A stretch of 64,000 bases of DNA from Nemertoderma westbladi. Lineage: Eukaryota; Animalia; Xenacoelomorpha. Below the pieces are notes generated by a model. The model was not told where the DNA came from, did no database searches, and saw only the letters and a program-made list of their open reading frames with translations. Of this stretch, positions 61,195 to 64,000 are shown in pieces. Where the stretch lies: NCBI GenBank assembly GCA_032718475.1, contig JAUCBJ010000147.1, positions 3,178 to 67,177 on the forward strand. Direction: 5' to 3'. Both the position numbers and the translations under genes were made by a program. Position 1 is the first letter of the stretch; every line of letters starts with the position of its first letter.

Positions 61195-61935
61195 TCTGAC
61201 CAACTAACCCTAACCAAAATAATAAACCAAACCATCTTTACAATAATAAATGGTTATGATAGGCCTATGACGCATGACAGTGTACCGGTAACTGTCTGAC
61301 TAAAGGTGGTTTGCAACAGTACTGCAGCAGCAAGAAAGAAAAAGTGTAGGTACCGAAAACTGCATTGAGCCCATTGATGGGGTCGAATAAAACGTCTGTC
61401 CTTATCTGATCTGATCTGACGGCATGTGATCCTATAACCAATCAGGAGAAAGAAATATAGGTAAATAGCCAATAGGGGATCAGGTTGCCATGTTATGTAT
61501 CAGTATCATCATATGACATAGCAGTAGGCCTTCAGGCATACCGATATGCATGCAGCCAATGCAGCAAAGGCATGTTAACAATGCAATATACAGGAGGATG
61601 AAGTATGGCGGGTATGAAAGTTGTGATTGCCCCAGCAAAGATGGATAGTTTCAGATGTAAACAACTTTCGCAGATTTAGTTGGTGTTGAATCATTAATAA
61701 TTTATTAAAAACAATACAGCCTTTCTGCCTTTGCTGCAATATTTTAGTAATCTTTCTTGTTAATAGTTATCAATATTAATAGTTAAAGTTAATTATATTA
61801 ATTATAATTAATATTATTAAATAATGATACTGTAAAAACTACAGTTACTTTTCTGGGTACGGGGAGGGGGGGGGGGGGGGGGGGTATATATAATCATAAG
61901 ACTCCTATGCATTATATATTGATAAATTATGAACG

Positions 61936-62418
61936 ACACTAACGTCTCTCAGTGTACCAGTCTACACCAACTCTAACGTCTCTCAGTGTACCAGTCTGCA
62001 CCAACGCAAACGTCTCTTTGTGTACCACTCTACACCAACACTAAAGTCGCGCAGTGTACCAGTCTACACCAACACTAACGTCTCTCAGTGTACCAGTCTA
62101 CACCAACACTAACGTCTCTTTGTGTACCACTCTACACCAACACTAACGTCTCTTTGTGTACCACTCTACACCAACACTAACGTCTCTCAGTGTACCAGTC
62201 TACACCAACACTTACGTCACACTGTGTACCAGTCTACACCAACACTAACGTCTCTCAGTGTACCAGTCCATACCAACACTAACGTCTCTCAGTGTACCAG
62301 TCTACACCAACACTGATGTCGCGTTGTGTACCAGTCTACACCAACACTAACGTCTCGCTGTGTACCAGTCTACACCAACACTTACGTCACACTGTGTACC
62401 AGTTTATACAAATACTAA
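61936..62418. repeat. 34-bp minisatellite, ~14 copies
   Basis: Unit ACACTAACGTCTCTCAGTGTACCAGTCTACACCA. Confidence 0.93.
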
Positions 62419-64000
62419 CAAATACACACTGTACAAACCACTCGGGACCCAAAAAATATTGCGAACATACTAAACGAGCACTTTTCCACTGTAGGTACTA
62501 AATTAAATAACAAAATATCTATGTCTAATCGCTCCCCGCTACGACACATTCCTAACTCTAATCGCAGACCGAACTCATTCTCTCTAATTGAAACTACGCC
62601 TATAGAAGTAGAATATTTACTATTACATATAAATCCTAAATCTGCAACTAATGATACTTTTCCGATGAAACTACTTCTACTAGCAGCTAAACCTATATCT
62701 ATTCGATTAAGCAAACTAATAAACTTATCTATAAACCAAGGATTCTTCCCCAAGTCACTTCAAATAGCCAAAATTATCCCCTCTTTTAAATCTGAAGATC
62801 CGACGGACCCAAATAATTATCGACCCATTTCACTCTTACCTGTATTAAGCAAAATATTTGAGCAAATTATAAATTCTCAGCTACAATCCTACCTCTCAAA
62901 ATATAATATCCTTTCAAATTCGCAATATGGTTTTCGCGCCAAAACATCAACATCTCATGCCCTTATTTCAGTCATTGAAAAAATTCACCAAGCATTAGAT
63001 AACAAAAACTCGACCTGTGCTATTTATATTGACTTGAGGAAAGCATTCGATACTGTGAACCATAAAATTTTACTTGACAAGCTCAACTGCTATGGCGTAC
63101 GCGGGGTCCCTCTAAAACTAATAAGCAGCTTTCTATCATCTAGACTTCAGTACGTTTCCGTAGATAATCACTGTTCCTCTCTCCTCCCCCTCCTCTGTGG
63201 GCTCCCACAAGGAGGGGTCCTATCCCCCTTACTGTTTCTACTCTATATAAACGATCTCCCTAATGCCACTACCCTCTTATCTACACTATTCGCTGATGAT
63301 ACGACTCTCTATCAAGCTGGAAACAATATAACTACTTTAACCAATAATATAAATTCTGAATTAAATAACGTTGCTGACTGGCTGATAGACAATCGTCTCT
63401 CTTTGAATTTAAAAAAAACTGAATCAACTATTTTCTCAAATGTATTAAAAAATCCTCAGGATACACTTAGATTAATAATAAACCACCAAAACATCAAACT
63501 AACAAACTGCACAAAATTTTTAGGAATCTATGTAGATAACAAGTTAACATGGAAATCACACATCAAACACATACTCTCTAAAATATCTAAGTCTTCAGGT
63601 ATATTTTATAAACTACGACACATATTTCCACAACATATCCTTAGGCAACTATATTTCACGCTAATACATCCCTACCTTAACTACGGCATTATACTATGGG
63701 GTAGTGCGCATTCTACTACACTAAATCCCCTAAAAACTAAAATAAATAAAATAGTTAGGTGTATTACCTTTAGTCACTATAGATCTTCAGCTCTCCCTAT
63801 CTACAAATCACTATCAATACTCCATCTAGATTCACTATATAAGTTCCACGTAGCTAACTTTATGTACAATATAAATAACAACTTAATACAAAACGATACA
63901 CTGCAAAATTTATTTAGGAAATCCTCCAGCATACATAGTTACAGTACACGCTCAGCGGCTCGTGGAGACTTTTACATTGATACAGTAAGACTAGACTCCT
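62419..64000 (+). mobile_element. 5'-truncated CR1/L2-group (Crack-like) LINE ORF2 reverse transcriptase, open to the window end
   Basis: Not in the ORF track (no stop inside the window). My translation is uninterrupted: IANILNEHFSTVG, AKIIPSFK, NYRPISLLPVLSKIFE, QYGFR, IDLRKAFDTVNH, GLPQGGVLSPLLFLLYINDL, FADDT, KFLGIYVDNKLTW, LYFTLIHPYLNYGIILWG. Confidence 0.95.

Overview
This is an AT-rich, repeat-dense eukaryotic (animal-like) window, not a prokaryotic one; I see no CRISPR array, rRNA or intact tRNA gene. Host genes are a full-length intronless PARP1 (two copies with identical protein translations), an intronless VPS33A, an intronless ATP synthase coupling factor 6 (ATP5PF), and a 3-exon divergent arrestin-fold-like gene. 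The second intron of that gene (~19 kb) holds a 49-bp satellite and a 14.5-kb BEL/Pao LTR retrotransposon. A very recent ~14.5-kb head-to-tail duplication (7355-21809 / 21807-36594, AAT microhomology junction) doubled PARP1, exons 1-2 of the arrestin-like gene and the satellite. Only copy 2 carries a 334-bp Helentron-type (HINE/DINE-1-like) element, ~790 bp upstream of PARP1. Other mobile DNA includes a Merlin transposase relic, an Academ-like element with a nested RTE LINE, a young 5'-truncated CR1/L2-group LINE, SINE heads and several fold-back elements. The best candidates for something undescribed are a decayed ~790-codon non-env accessory ORF inside the BEL/Pao element, intron-free housekeeping genes in an intron-competent genome, an intronic satellite with three different E-boxes per monomer, and clusters of TA-flanked motifs upstream of genes that resemble transposon excision footprints. 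All family assignments rest on motif recognition by eye; no database search was run.
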